Source: Octopus sinensis
Taxonomy: Eukaryota
Assembly (NCBI RefSeq): GCF_006345805.1
Contig: NC_043011.1
Location: forward strand, 21,278,464 to 21,342,463
Direction of reading: 5' to 3'
Length of the DNA: 64,000 nucleotides
Both the position numbers and the translations under genes were made by a program. Position 1 is the first letter of the stretch; each line of letters starts with the position of its first letter. Under the pieces are notes generated by a model. The model had not been told where the DNA came from. It made no database searches and saw nothing but the letters and a program-made list of their open reading frames with translations. Below are positions 63,655-64,000 of the stretch, piece after piece.

Positions 63655-64000
63655 TGGAGTCGTTATAATAAAGTACCAATCAAGTACTGGGGTAGATGTA
63701 GTAATCGACTTACCTATCCCACTAAAATTGTTGGCGTTGGGCTAGAATTTGAAGCAATTATTTGAAATGTAATTCCACTTAATTTCAAGATACCTCCAAT
63801 ATTTCTAGATTCTTGTGTTACCTTCTGGCTGATACGAGTATAGTAATGGAAAAAGAAACTTAAAATTAGTTAGTTAGCTATACTATTTTTTATGGGATAC
63901 CTTGAGGATGTTAAGCCCGATCTGTCGATTAAAAACCAAAAATATCCATCAGTGACCTAAACGAAATAAAAAAGATTTCAAAGGTGAAGTGTAATTGGGC

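Larger units (their letters stand above)
61915..63760. mobile_element. Dense cluster of old family B SINEs
   Basis: Repeated GTCGATTACATCGA..GGTACTT..AAAGGCAAAGTCGAC motifs, mostly on the minus strand. Confidence 0.75.

Overview
Repeat-dominated, AT-rich eukaryotic DNA with one 100-N scaffold gap. I cannot support any intact protein-coding gene, rRNA, tRNA gene or CRISPR array. The SINE families and the extreme (TA)n/(CA)n/(CATA)n density resemble an octopus (coleoid cephalopod) genome; this is recognition from memory, not a database result. Contents: dozens of tRNA-derived SINE copies from several families, decayed Tc1/mariner elements, MITEs, Helentron-like fragments, RTE and R4/Dong-like LINE remnants, and Penelope-like element (PLE) remnants with RT and GIY-YIG motifs. 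Nearly all ORF-track entries are microsatellite artefacts. The most notable signal is about ten minimal type-I hammerhead ribozyme (HHR)-like motifs from several unrelated sequence families. Three lie in non-coding monomers of about 475-550 bp arranged as tandem or tandem-plus-inverted copies (5.3-6.1, 25.3-26.2, 54.2-54.8 kb), which looks like retrozyme-like or non-autonomous PLE elements, and two families carry non-canonical cores (CUGUNGA, CCGAYGA). Other signals: a young SINE subfamily that inserts at GGTA and nests in its own family, a tandem SINE array, an R4/Dong-like element in (CATA)n, and an old inverted duplication of about 1.1 kb with an HHR in each arm. Repeat boundaries were read by eye and are approximate unless TSD or TIR coordinates are given.
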